A DNA stretch of 64,000 nucleotides from Macrostomum lignano. Its lineage: Eukaryota. Below, piece after piece: positions 47,901-57,953 of the stretch. A program made the translations under genes and the position numbers. The stretch spans positions 340,996 through 404,995 of the forward strand of contig NIVC01000650.1 of NCBI GenBank assembly GCA_002269645.1, written 5' to 3'. Within the stretch, counting starts at the first letter, position 1. Each line of letters begins with the position of its first letter. Below the pieces are notes generated by a model that was given only the letters and a program-made list of their open reading frames with translations, had not been told where the DNA came from and did not search any database.

Positions 47901-50072
47901 AACTGCGAGGGTGACAGAGCAACTGCGAGGGTGACAGAGCAACTGCGTGGGTGACAGAGCAGCTGCAAGGGTGACAGAGCAACTGAGAGGGTGACAGAGC
48001 AACTGCGAGGGTGACAGAGCAACTGTGTGGGTGACAGAGCAACTGCAAGGGTGACAGAGCAACTGAGAGGGTGATAGAGCAACTGAGAGGGTGATAGAGC
48101 AACTGAGAGGGTGACAGAGCAACTGCGAGGGTGACAGAGCAACTGCGAGGGTGACAGACCAACTGAGAGGGTGACAGAGCAACTGCGAGGGTGACAGCAT
48201 CTGAAAGGGTGACAAAGCAACTTAGAGGGTGACAGCATCGCAGAGGGCTACAGCATCAGAGAGAGAGTGACAGAGCATCTGAGAAGACGACAGCATCGGA
48301 GGGTGACGGCCTTAAAGAGGGTGACAACATCGGAGAGGGCGACAGCATCAAAGAGGCTGTCAGCATCGGAGGGTGACGGCCTTAAAGAGGGTGACAGCAT
48401 CGGAGAGGGCGACAGCATCAAAGAGGCTGTCAGCATCGGAGGGTGACGGCCTTAAAGAGGGTGACAGCATCGGAGAGGGCGACAGCATCAAAGAGGCTGT
48501 CAGCATCGGAGGGTGACGGCCTTAAAGAGGCTGTCAGCATCGGAGGGTGACGGCCTTAAAGAGGGTGACAGCATCGGAGAGGGCGACAGCATCAAAGAGG
48601 CTGTCAGCATCGGAGGGTGACGGCCTTAAAGAGGGTGACAGCATCGGAGAGGGCGACAGCATCAAAGAGGCTGTCAGCATCGGAGGGTGACGGCCTTAAA
48701 GAGGGTGACAGCATCGGAGAGGGCGACAGCATCAAAGAGGCTGTCAGCATCGGAGGGTGACGGCCTTAAAGAGGGTGACAGCATCGGAGAGGGCGACAGC
48801 ATCAAAGAGGCTGTCAGCATCGGAGGGTGACGGCCTTAAAGAGGGTGACAGCATCGGAGAGGACGACAGAACACTGGAGAAGGGAAGGCAGTATCGACGA
48901 GAAAGATTATGAAGAGGGGCAAATGAGAATGAGAGAAAATAAAATCAGGTATGTAAGAAGGGACCTGTCAGCTAAAAGACAGAAAGGACTGTTGGCACAG
49001 TGTGACTATAGACTTCTCAGTCGGAAAGATCCAAACCAATTGGATTACTAATCCCATTCTGATCCCATCAACAATCCATGTTGTCAGCTTAACTTAGTCT
49101 GCTCTTGCAGATTAAATCCGGTGTCAATCAAACGCTCAAACACACCTAGCCCACCAAAAAAGCAACTATTGTATAAATGGAGGCGGCAACCTGAGATCGT
49201 TAACTTCAACAAGTGCTTTGTGCTTCGCATTAAGACCCTATTTTTCTCACGCTCGAACAGATTTTTTACTCTATAACTTCTATACTTCTTTGTGTACGAA
49301 ATTATTGATCTTCTTCAATATCGTTCCTTAATTCCTTAATTGAGCTACTTGGTCTAAAGTACGCCTGTCTGCAAAGGCTGATTTTATCGATTTTCCTGGT
49401 CAACTCTTCAATTCTTGTTTTTCTACCCCAGCCAATCCCAACTCGCTGTCATTGGCTGGCCGGGGGTAGGGGGTGAGAGAGACCCTAGCGTAACTCCTTC
49501 CCTATATCAAGCCTACCCACTCTATCGATTTTAGCGCCGCATGACTCACTAGTTGGAGATGATCACGTCCGGGCGCCAAATACTTCTCGACGGGATCCAG
49601 ATTTTCTCAATAGGATAGGTGCTTAGATTCCAGCGCATGTATTCGTCCACCCAGTACTGCAATGTTAAAATCGTTTTTTAATTAGAAAGCACAATCGATA
49701 TATAAAGCTGGCTCCTGCTGAGCACATACCAATCTGAGTGAAAGCAGTGCTGACACCGTTTGATGCCTTTCGCTCTGAAAAAGAATTAATAATGAAGCTC
49801 TCAGCTTCTCATTTGAATCAACATAGACAAAAATATTATCCGAGAACCAGAGAATGACAGGTTGATACGAGTATTGAGTAGCTAATACTCCGAGCATCTC
49901 ACAGTGTCCAGGATGTGAAACAGCGACACACCGAGATCGCACGTGACCGCTGTTTTGTCGTCCCGGACTGGCCGGCTCGTGACGTCATAGCCTTTCATAA
50001 GGAACTGCTTGAGTCTGTACTCAACAGACGAATTACCGTACGGCAGGTCGCTTGTCCAGGTGTAGGCTCTCG
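44972..50072 (-). CDS. Cys-loop ligand-gated ion channel, nicotinic acetylcholine receptor alpha-like subunit (5'-incomplete)
   Basis: Exons (-) 50072-49903, 49774-49730, 49656-49550, 47780-47242, 46408-46062, 45307-44972 all join in phase (~514 aa). GYDVTSRPV, WRPD, Cys-loop CTLDVRYFPFDTQDC, SWTYDG, vicinal YPCC, TM2 GEKVNLEITVLL, TM4 DWRSAAFALDRIF. The signal-peptide exon was not found in the window. Confidence 0.93.
46550..47155. repeat. Intronic minisatellite, 20-bp unit (CTTGGTGGGCGCCCCTGTCT)
   Basis: About 30 copies in a receptor intron. Confidence 0.95.
47830..48200. repeat. Intronic minisatellite, 20-bp unit (GAGGGTGACAGAGCAACTGC)
   Basis: Tandem units. Confidence 0.93.
48280..48860. 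repeat. Intronic 70-bp tandem repeat, ~8 near-identical copies
   Basis: Unit CAGCATCGGAGGGTGACGGCCTTAAAGAGGGTGACAGCATCGGAGAGGGCGACAGCATCAAAGAGGCTGT, built from diverged sub-units related to the adjacent 20-mer. Confidence 0.93.
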
Positions 50073-50119
50073 CTGGAAGGATTAGAAATGGGAATGACCC
50101 TGTCTTATCTCATTATATA

Positions 50120-50680
50120 TATTCTTACCATCCATTCTCACCCCATCCATTCTCCACCTATCCATTCTCAACTTATCCATTCTCACCCTATCCATTTCAC
50201 CCTATATCCATTCTCACCTCATCCATTCTCATCCCATCAATTCTCACCCCATCCATTCTCACCCCATCGATTCTCAACTTATCAATTCTCACCGTATCCA
50301 TTTCACTCTATCTATTTCACTCTATTTATTCTCACTCTATCCATTCTCACGCCATCTATTCTCACCCCATCCAATCTCAACTTATCCATTCTCACCCCAT
50401 CGATTCTCAACTTATCCATTCTCACCGTATCCATTTCACTCTATCCATTTCACTCTATTTATTCTCACTCTATCCATTCTCACCCCATCTATTCTCACCC
50501 CATCCAATCTCAACTTATCCATTCTCACCCCATAAATTCTCAACCTATCCATTTTCAACCTCTGTATTCTCTCACTGTCCATTCTCACACTATCCATTCT
50601 CACACTATTCATTCCTACCCTATCCATTCTCCTTTCCATTCCCACTCTATTCCATTCTTATCCTATTCTTTCTCATCCTC
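50120..50680. repeat. Degenerate ~16-bp pyrimidine-rich repeat (TATCCATTCTCACCCC)
   Basis: Imperfect tandem units upstream of the first visible receptor exon. Confidence 0.85.
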
Positions 50681-50806
50681 AAGTATTTTAAAATTTGTTT
50701 GTGACTTGACTATTCTAATGGTTAATGCCGATATGTATCGAAAAAAACTTTGTAAGGAAAGATCGAAAGTTTATGCATTTCGAAATCTATCTATAATTTT
50801 ACTTTC

Positions 50807-53022
50807 TGATGTAACCGCCCTTGTCGCCTGTCCGCTCCGTAGAGAGACGAACGCATGACTAGAGGGGCCAATGACCGTAGGCTGCCTATGACCGGGCAAT
50901 GACCTGACGGACCTCCAGCACCAGACTGTCCCGCCCACATGATTAGTAGCTTTGGTAGCGCTTCGTGACCAGAGGGCCAAGGACCCACATGGACCCCACC
51001 TGTAGCCAAGGTGCAATAGTTGGTCACTCGGTCATAGTATGACCGAGTGGCTGCCACCACTCTATGTGACCTGGCGCACCTGGATCTTTCTACCAGACCT
51101 CTCGAGGCTAGAGCCCCGCCTGGATTGGTTACCAGGGGATTTAGGCTAACAGGGGAGACGCATGCAGCCGAGTACAGGGACTCTGCTTGGGGCATGATCG
51201 GGAACTCTGGGCTCAATCCTGGAGGATTTCTCAGCAGGGGATCCTTTGTGGCTGTGAGCGAGGCTGACTTGCGACTTTGATTACTAAGAGTAGTATGAGG
51301 CGAACATGTACTGTCTACAGTTTAGATTGCTCAGGGCGAAGGGACGCGTTAGCATGGGGTTGCAACCTTCCTACTGCCATTCTGTGCCAAGACTCGCTAA
51401 TCCCTCTACTGCACGCACACGCGGCCCCGCAGCACGCACTCACAGGCGGGCTTTGCACGGGGAGAGGCCATTAGCTTACCCAAACTTCCTTATGCTTTGC
51501 CACCCCGGGAGAAAGGCTTAGCAAGCCATGAGTGAAATGATGGTGAAAGATTGAATAATGATGAAGTTAGTTAATAGTTAATAATTAGGCCCTTAGGCAA
51601 ATAAGCAGGCAATTAGGCGGCTTCACTATTGAGTAAAATACAGCAAAAGATACGGTATCACAATTGGCTCAGCTCTCTAATCAGACAATGGAAAATAGGC
51701 AAACCCCGGATAAGCAAAGGCAATTAGAGCACAAATTAGTAGCAGGAACTTACCGGCAGCTGCACAGAGAGAGAGAGAGGCGGAGTGACCGAGGGCGGCT
51801 GTAGGCTGCAGTCAGGCAGACGGTGAAGCGGCGATGCGCTGGAGCGACGAGGCGCTGATGTAGATCAGGCGATGCTGATGATGCTGGGCGGTATCAGACC
51901 GCTGGCCGATAGGCGAGCTCACTTGGGGAGCTAAGGATAACTTGGCGGTAACAGACCGCGGGCCGGCAGGGATTCGTCTTATAGACGAATGGGTCAGAAC
52001 TCAATCTGACAGCAAGTCCAAAGAAGGACGAGGAGAGGAACAGAGATAAACTCAGTTGAGTATTCTCATGCCGAAATCGCTTCCTTTTATAGACCTCACA
52101 GCCGCCTCCTCAAGGTCGTTACCATGGCTCCCTCTCTCTGATTGGCTGCCGGCAGAATGACGTCAGAATGAGTCATGATGAGAAGCATGAGACCGGCATA
52201 GCAACATGAGAAATCGGGAAATTGCGCAATCCGGAGGTGGGGTGGGGGGATAATTGGCGCAGCGGGTGGTCGCGAAAGTGTTGCGCAAGCAAACATTGAG
52301 AACAATAGGGCTGGGGTCGAGAACAAAGGAATTGGAAATCGGGGATAATTGGGGAAAACTGAGAACAATGGAAAAGTAAACATTGGAGAAAAGGTGATAA
52401 TTAGGTGCGAAAACGAGAACAAAAGAAAGAGAAAATCGGAGAAAATGTGATAATTGGTGGGGTCGAGAGAACAAAAGAAGCAAAAACGAGAACAATAGAA
52501 GCGGAGGTGGGGTGGGTGTCACATGAGAAATTTGGGAAGGAGAACAATAGCGTGAGAAAAGGTTGCGCAAGAGAGGGGGATGAGTCATCGATGAGTCACC
52601 GAGGGGGAGAAGGGGTCACACGACTTGCGTCACCGTTTGGGAGTTTGAGAGGGGATGGGGAGACGGTGAGCACACAAAGTACTGTAAGTAGACACAGGGA
52701 AAGAGGGGACAGCGCAGGAAAAGAGTGCAGAGGGAGACAAAAAAAGGGAGGAGGTAGAGAAAGTACAGGAAGAATAGGGCGGGAACAGAAGAGATAGGGT
52801 AGAGGGGGAGGTACAGAAAGGGGTAGGGGCTCCGGAAAGGCAGGTGTGGCGGCAGGAGAGACGGGACCAAGGCAGCAGGAGGGTGCAGCAGAGCGGGAGT
52901 CTCCAGGCCCGGTCGGAGACCTGGCCGAGTCTCGACAGCTCTGTGCAGAGGGTGCACGGGATAGGAGGCACTTTCGAAAAAGTTCCCATGCCCTATCCCG
53001 CGACCAGAGCGTGGTTACATCA
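50807..53022 (-). repeat. 3' LTR (2216 bp)
   Basis: Direct repeat of 61748-63960 with fewer than about 10 differences seen by eye, mostly homopolymer indels; TATAAAAG at 52084-52091 and CCAAT at 52140-52147 on -. Confidence 0.97.
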
Positions 53023-53039
53023 CACCCCCACTGCCTTTT
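53023..53039 (-). other. Polypurine tract
   Basis: AAAAGGCAGTGGGGGTG on - immediately before the 3' LTR. Confidence 0.75.
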
Positions 53040-53626
53040 GTGACGGAACTGGTTCCGTCATCATCACTGCCCAACATGGAACCACACAGACGGGAGCGGG
53101 ATCTCAACCGAACGTGAAATCACAGAATTAACAAACCGCGAGCGGGAATGGAAAAAGGCGATAAAATAGAGGGGATAGCAATAAATTCACAAAACGAGAT
53201 ACATAGGTTGGAGTGCAATACAGAATTTCAAAAATTTCAACTGTTGCTGTGGCTAAAGTGGGAGGGGGGAAACACAGACAGCGCAATAGTAGGGAGAAAA
53301 ATAGCGAATTGTCAACAATAAATTATCATAATTGGATAGAAGCGCAGCTGGGAAAGAGAGGAAACGGGGAAGGGTGAGGGAAGTGGGGAAAAAGAAGGGG
53401 GAAGGGTTGCTAGCACACAGCCAAGGGCAGAGCCTCGGGGAGAATGACGATTACACAGGGGAAAAATACTAATGCAGCGCAGTAAATTAATAAGCTAATT
53501 TCGCCGGGAGTTCAACCGCACGGAGGCCTAGCGTCCTTGAAGGCTCGGACCCCGCTTCAGCCAGTCAGAGGGCTTCGGGGCGATCGGTTGTAGGCTGGGA
53601 GGCGCCGCGCCGTGCGCTGGCCACTG

Positions 53627-53740
53627 TATAAAAGGCGCCACTGATAACGGGAGCCGGCTGCCTGCAACCTACACGGAGTCGCAGTTTCCAACCAAGGCAC
53701 TCAGCGCGATTTTCCAAACTATACAACTACTCGGTAAGTC
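53627..53740 (+). promoter_or_regulatory. Antisense TATA promoter and non-coding first exon inside the LTR element
   Basis: TATAAAAG at 53627-53634 after a GC-rich stretch; CG|GTAAGT donor at 53733/53734. Confidence 0.5.
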
Positions 53741-54081
53741 CCATCACCAACCTGATTTCCTTTCGCCTATACGTTAAACGAAATCTACCCACTCGCCATG
53801 CCTTTCGTTTTAAACTGAGCCAATTGCAGTAATAATATATGGCCTTTCTTACGGTAAAAGTAGTGAGCAGCCAACACAGAGCCATTTTTAGGAATTTTTA
53901 GAATAATGACACAACAATGACTCGTATATTGGTTATTAAAGTTTAAAAATGAATATTATGGAAGAACCGAATATTAATAGGATAATTTCACACACACACA
54001 CACGACAAACACACAACGCAAGGGGGCGGAAAGGCGGGTCGGACCGGCCGGCGGACGTCGCTCAGCAGGCAGTCAGCATCC

Positions 54082-55431
54082 TTACTCGAAATGGGCCTCT
54101 TGATTTAGCTGGTACGGGCCATATGCCGCCACCTGAGCCATGGCACTTGCCCATGCTTCCACATAACGTTGGGCTGCCGCGGCCGTGAGCACCACTCGGT
54201 GCCATCGGCTAGGCAAGATGTCGTTGCGCAGCACGCCCCTCAACTGCGGCAGAGTCGGGATGCCCAGGGCTTGGCATTGGACGACGAAGGCCGCATTCCG
54301 TACTTGTTGCAGCCGTGTCAGAGTTGGTGCAGACAGGGGCGGCTGCGCGATTGCAAAATGCTGCAAAGTGCCACGGGGCACCTCGGCCAGGCCCGCGTAG
54401 CCGGGCTCAACGTCGCCCAGGGCCGCCAACACCCACCCACAGCGGCGATTGAACCGTTGCGAGAGAGTGGCGGCCCAGGCCACTGTGGCAAACGGCGCAT
54501 AGAGGAGGGGCGCAGAGGCCGGCGCGGAGGCCGCAAGAATGCCGTCGTGGATGACGAGAGCCTCTTCCCATTCGGCGCCCTCGCTCAGGAAGCCCCAGAG
54601 CAGCCCTGGCAGGTCCGCAGGAAGCATGCCCCAGCGGCTGGCCAAGCTGGCCAGGCCAATCAATAGCCGGGCTCTCTGGGTTGGTGTCAGTTGTCTAGTC
54701 ATCTGAGAGGAGGCTGCGCAGCTGATGATCACCTTCTTGTAGACCGGCCGATCGCAGGTGCTGAAGATTGCTGTGATGGGGGCACAGGACGGCGGCCGGG
54801 CTGTCAGGTGTGATGGTTCCTCATCCACAACCTTGCGGAGGAACTTGGCGGCCTGCCGGACTAGGTCGCCGAGGGCGTATTTGTAGGCGCTCTGGGCCGC
54901 TGCCTCGATGTACATTAACAGCGTATTGTCAACCAATCCCAGCAGGGCCGCTTTTGACAGGATGAGCAGACAGGGCCGGTCCAGGTTGTCGCGAAGTTGG
55001 CGCTCTAGAGTCGCATGCCTGTCCTCGGCCTGGAGTGGGCCATGATAGGACTCAGGCCCGACCCAGTGCACCAGATCCATAGCTGTCGCCGAAGGTTCGC
55101 CAGCCACCTGACCCCAATCGACTTCTTCTCTTTGCAGGGCGATGTCCACACTTCGGCGGCTGTTGGGCAGAACATCACGCAGGCGGCGGGCCGCCTCGCC
55201 GAATTCGGCCGCCAGGTCCGAAATGTCCGCGGTGTCGCCCCCAGCATTGGCCGGGTCGATTGTCTCGTCACCTTCTTCGACCCTGGCGGAGGCCGCCGCT
55301 GGCGGCTCGGGGCCGTCCTCCGCCTCTTGGATGGCGTCACGGGGCCGCTTTCGGCTAACTGGGCTGGCAGGACGCTCAGACGGTAAGCTGGAGCATAGCT
55401 GAATTCGATTGATGGTAGGCTTCGTGTCCAT
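54082..55431 (-). CDS. ORF3: unrecognised 449-aa protein carried by the LTR element
   Basis: Long intact ORF with ATG. Acidic/Pro-rich N-terminus with NLS-like RKRPR, then ~330 aa of apparently helical sequence. No signal peptide and no RT/IN/env motifs recognised. Confidence 0.75.
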   Translation of the reverse strand: MDTKPTINRIQLCSSLPSERPASPVSRKRPRDAIQEAEDGPEPPAAASARVEEGDETIDPANAGGDTADISDLAAEFGEAARRLRDVLPNSRRSVDIALQREEVDWGQVAGEPSATAMDLVHWVGPESYHGPLQAEDRHATLERQLRDNLDRPCLLILSKAALLGLVDNTLLMYIEAAAQSAYKYALGDLVRQAAKFLRKVVDEEPSHLTARPPSCAPITAIFSTCDRPVYKKVIISCAASSQMTRQLTPTQRARLLIGLASLASRWGMLPADLPGLLWGFLSEGAEWEEALVIHDGILAASAPASAPLLYAPFATVAWAATLSQRFNRRCGWVLAALGDVEPGYAGLAEVPRGTLQHFAIAQPPLSAPTLTRLQQVRNAAFVVQCQALGIPTLPQLRGVLRNDILPSRWHRVVLTAAAAQRYVEAWASAMAQVAAYGPYQLNQEAHFE

Positions 55432-56842
55432 GTCAAGCTGGATAGTTCATAGAATGCTTCAGCGATTGAAGGACAGAATGATTTCTCTGATTGATGATTT
55501 CCAGCTCTGGCAGGCGTGGGTCTTCTTATAGTGCCGGGGCTGGCTTCCCATTGGTTGAGCACATTGGGAGGCACACCTGCTGCGGCCGGGGTCGCCGTTG
55601 GCTTGGGACCGCTCGCTCTAGTCTCCGTGCGCTCTGATTGGCTGGTTCCGCCGCTTCCTGTTTCCTCACCTGTGAGCAGGGGGCAGACCCGAGACCACCT
55701 CCGGTCGCGCCCGCGGCAGATCCGTACTCCAGCCGACAGAGATCGCACTCCCACCTCACATGCACACATTCAGATCAGGCACACAAATTAATTTGGTTAA
55801 TATGAATAGAAGAGGGATTTGGGAGATTAGACTCCGGAGGATAAATGATGATGCGGCCCAACTCCCTTCGATTTCTTCCTTCAACGCCACGCGCACGCAG
55901 TTCTCATCCATGCCTCCGAGACCCTCATAAACTTAACAGCCGAAAGAATTCGAAAGAGGAATTAATCATTAATTTGACTGCCACCAGTTTGATGTACTAT
56001 TATAAAAGAGAAAGGGGAACCTACCACCATCTTGGCGCATTACCAAAGAAAAGAAAAGGAGGATCAGCCACCATTTTGAGAGAGGTTGCTAGGGAAAACT
56101 GCCACCAATTGTACATTAACAGGGAAGAGAAAGAGGGAACCCGTCACCAATTAGAGTGGATTGCCCGGGGAAACTGCCACTATTTGCCCTTCTACCAGAG
56201 GAGAGGAAGACGAAAAACTGCCATCCTTAGAGGTGTATCATTAAAAGAAGGCGGGGAAGAAGGCTACCACTACTTGATCACCTAGAGCTCAAGGGAAGGA
56301 GAGGGAATGAAGAAAGGAAGAAACCCCCAGGAAGGCCACTACCACACGCCATAAAGTTAAAATCCCCATCTATCTACATCCTAATACCCGGCTAGTTCCC
56401 TACTTCTATTTCATCCCTTAAATTCTCATTTTCAGGATTCCGGCCGCTAGTAGCCGAGCCCATCCTTGAAGAGGAGTCCGACTACGAAGCGCCCGAAGAC
56501 AGCCATTCAGAGCCGGACGCCCCCTCTGATTCTGGGCCGGCTGCGCCATCTGGTGACATAGGCGCCGCGGCTCCCGGGCCATGCGACCGCCGGGCCGCCA
56601 GCGAACCAGCGTCCGGGGCCGGTTGGCATCCGGTACCACCGCCGTTGTCAGCCCGAGCGCACGCTCCGCCGCCGGTCGCCGCGGTGACGCCCGTGGCTGC
56701 CGCTCCACAGCCCTTGCCAACCCCTGTGGTGGAGACCGACGGCTCCTGGCATTTGGTCGTGCTGTCGACGGCCCTAATAGCCGGTCTCACAATGCACTGG
56801 CTACTGCTCTTGGAGCTATTTCTGCGGCTTCCCAACTGCTGA
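55142..56842 (+). CDS. Candidate spliced antisense ORF, 215 aa, Arg-rich N-terminus and C-terminal hydrophobic anchor
   Basis: Acceptor TTCTTCTCTTTGCAG|55138, ATG 55142, donor ACG|GTAAGC at 55382 (phase 1), acceptor TTCTCATTTTCAG|56436 in matching phase, TGA at 56840-56842. Confidence 0.45.
55523..55641 (-). promoter_or_regulatory. Internal promoter for ORF3 (two CCAAT boxes and TATA)
   Basis: On -: AGCCAATC (CCAAT 55637-55641), ACCAATGG (55550-55554), TATAAGAA (55523-55530), ~90 nt upstream of the ORF3 ATG. Confidence 0.6.
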
Positions 56843-57428
56843 TGCTGGTGGTTCTTAATGCTTACTTACTAATTCTGAACTATCTGTCCCCATAACTTGA
56901 CTTTAATTACTTACCTGACTTTACATTGACTAAACCACTGGCCTACTCTAAACTAATTGCTGCCCCATTTGCCTGATAAACTTAATTACATTGAATGCCC
57001 CCCCTATTGCCTCATCGAAACCAATTAAAAGTTTCCCAAAATCGGACTTTCACAAAGTGTGAACAAACACACGAAATCAGACCTAAAGGTGCTAATTTCC
57101 TACGGTCCCAGACTTCCATTGTTCCCAGAAAATCTTAAACAGCGGGGCAGGACCTCCTGTGGAGCAGACCCATAGAAATTTTACTAGTTTCCAAGTTAAT
57201 ATTTACTGATAGGGAATTAACGCATACTGTACGGGCCTAATTTTCGAGCTAAAATCTTAGATATTTAAACAACACCAACGAGCACGAGGTCACAACATAA
57301 ATTCGAGTAATAGAGGGCATACGTAAATACGCGAAAAGCGGTCTCCAACGGGGCAACACGAGCAAAATTTCGACACGCGAATCGGGGGGGGGAATTAAGC
57401 AATCACTGGCTAGCTACCGATCTGTTAC

Positions 57429-57944
57429 TCAGCGGGGGTCGAATGGGAGACTCACACCTAGCAAGTAAACCTTTTCTGTTCGATAGTCTATGATAGCATG
57501 CGTACTGGCTAGAAAAGCACTACCCAGGAGGGAAACTGCTGCTGAATTGCCAACGACCAGAAAGAGGATTCTCACCTCTTCTAGCCCAATAACTGCTGTG
57601 AGGGTGGCCTGGCCTAGCATCTCTAATTCATTGCCCGTGTAGGACACGGCCTTCACACATGGGGGCTCCAGGGCCTCCACACTCTGTCCGGTAATTTTAG
57701 TAAAGTCTTTGACTGTTAGCAAAGACAGCGCACTGCCCCCATCTACCAGGAGGCGGGTGGGAACATTCTCAATTGGCAACTCTACAACAATATCTCTCCC
57801 GCGTTGTCCTCTAGCTGGTCTTGGCTGATAGAAATCGGGTACCTTCTCAAATCTAAACTTCTTGCTGGGCGGACGTGGCAGGTTAAGCTGGGCCCTAGAG
57901 AGGGAACGGGGCTGAGTTCGGGCCGGGCCATTCAGCCCTCCCAC
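57429..57944 (-). CDS. Retropepsin-type aspartic protease in the -1 frame of gag
   Basis: LLVDGGSALSLL active-site motif and C-terminal SLLGSAFL; overlaps the gag end; stops at 57429 with no RT following. Confidence 0.88.
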   Translation of the reverse strand: MGGLNGPARTQPRSLSRAQLNLPRPPSKKFRFEKVPDFYQPRPARGQRGRDIVVELPIENVPTRLLVDGGSALSLLTVKDFTKITGQSVEALEPPCVKAVSYTGNELEMLGQATLTAVIGLEEVRILFLVVGNSAAVSLLGSAFLASTHAIIDYRTEKVYLLGVSLPFDPR

Positions 57945-57953
57945 GGGTTTCCC
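57908..57953 (-). other. -1 programmed ribosomal frameshift signal
   Basis: G GGA AAC slippery heptamer in the gag frame (57947-57953), 8-nt spacer, GGGCUGA/UCAGCCC stem. Confidence 0.75.

Noticed and set aside
50771-53131. Short ORFs inside the LTRs (e.g. MSPEFPIMPQ…, MTHPPLL…)
   Set aside because: Several change frame between the two LTR copies through single-base indels and none has recognisable motifs.
54082-55431. ORF3 as an envelope gene
   Set aside because: No signal peptide, furin site or C-terminal TM anchor; it has an NLS-like motif instead.
55845-56285. 146-aa + strand ORF (MMMRPNSL…)
   Set aside because: Mostly translates a degenerate purine-rich repeat and lies in the predicted antisense intron.
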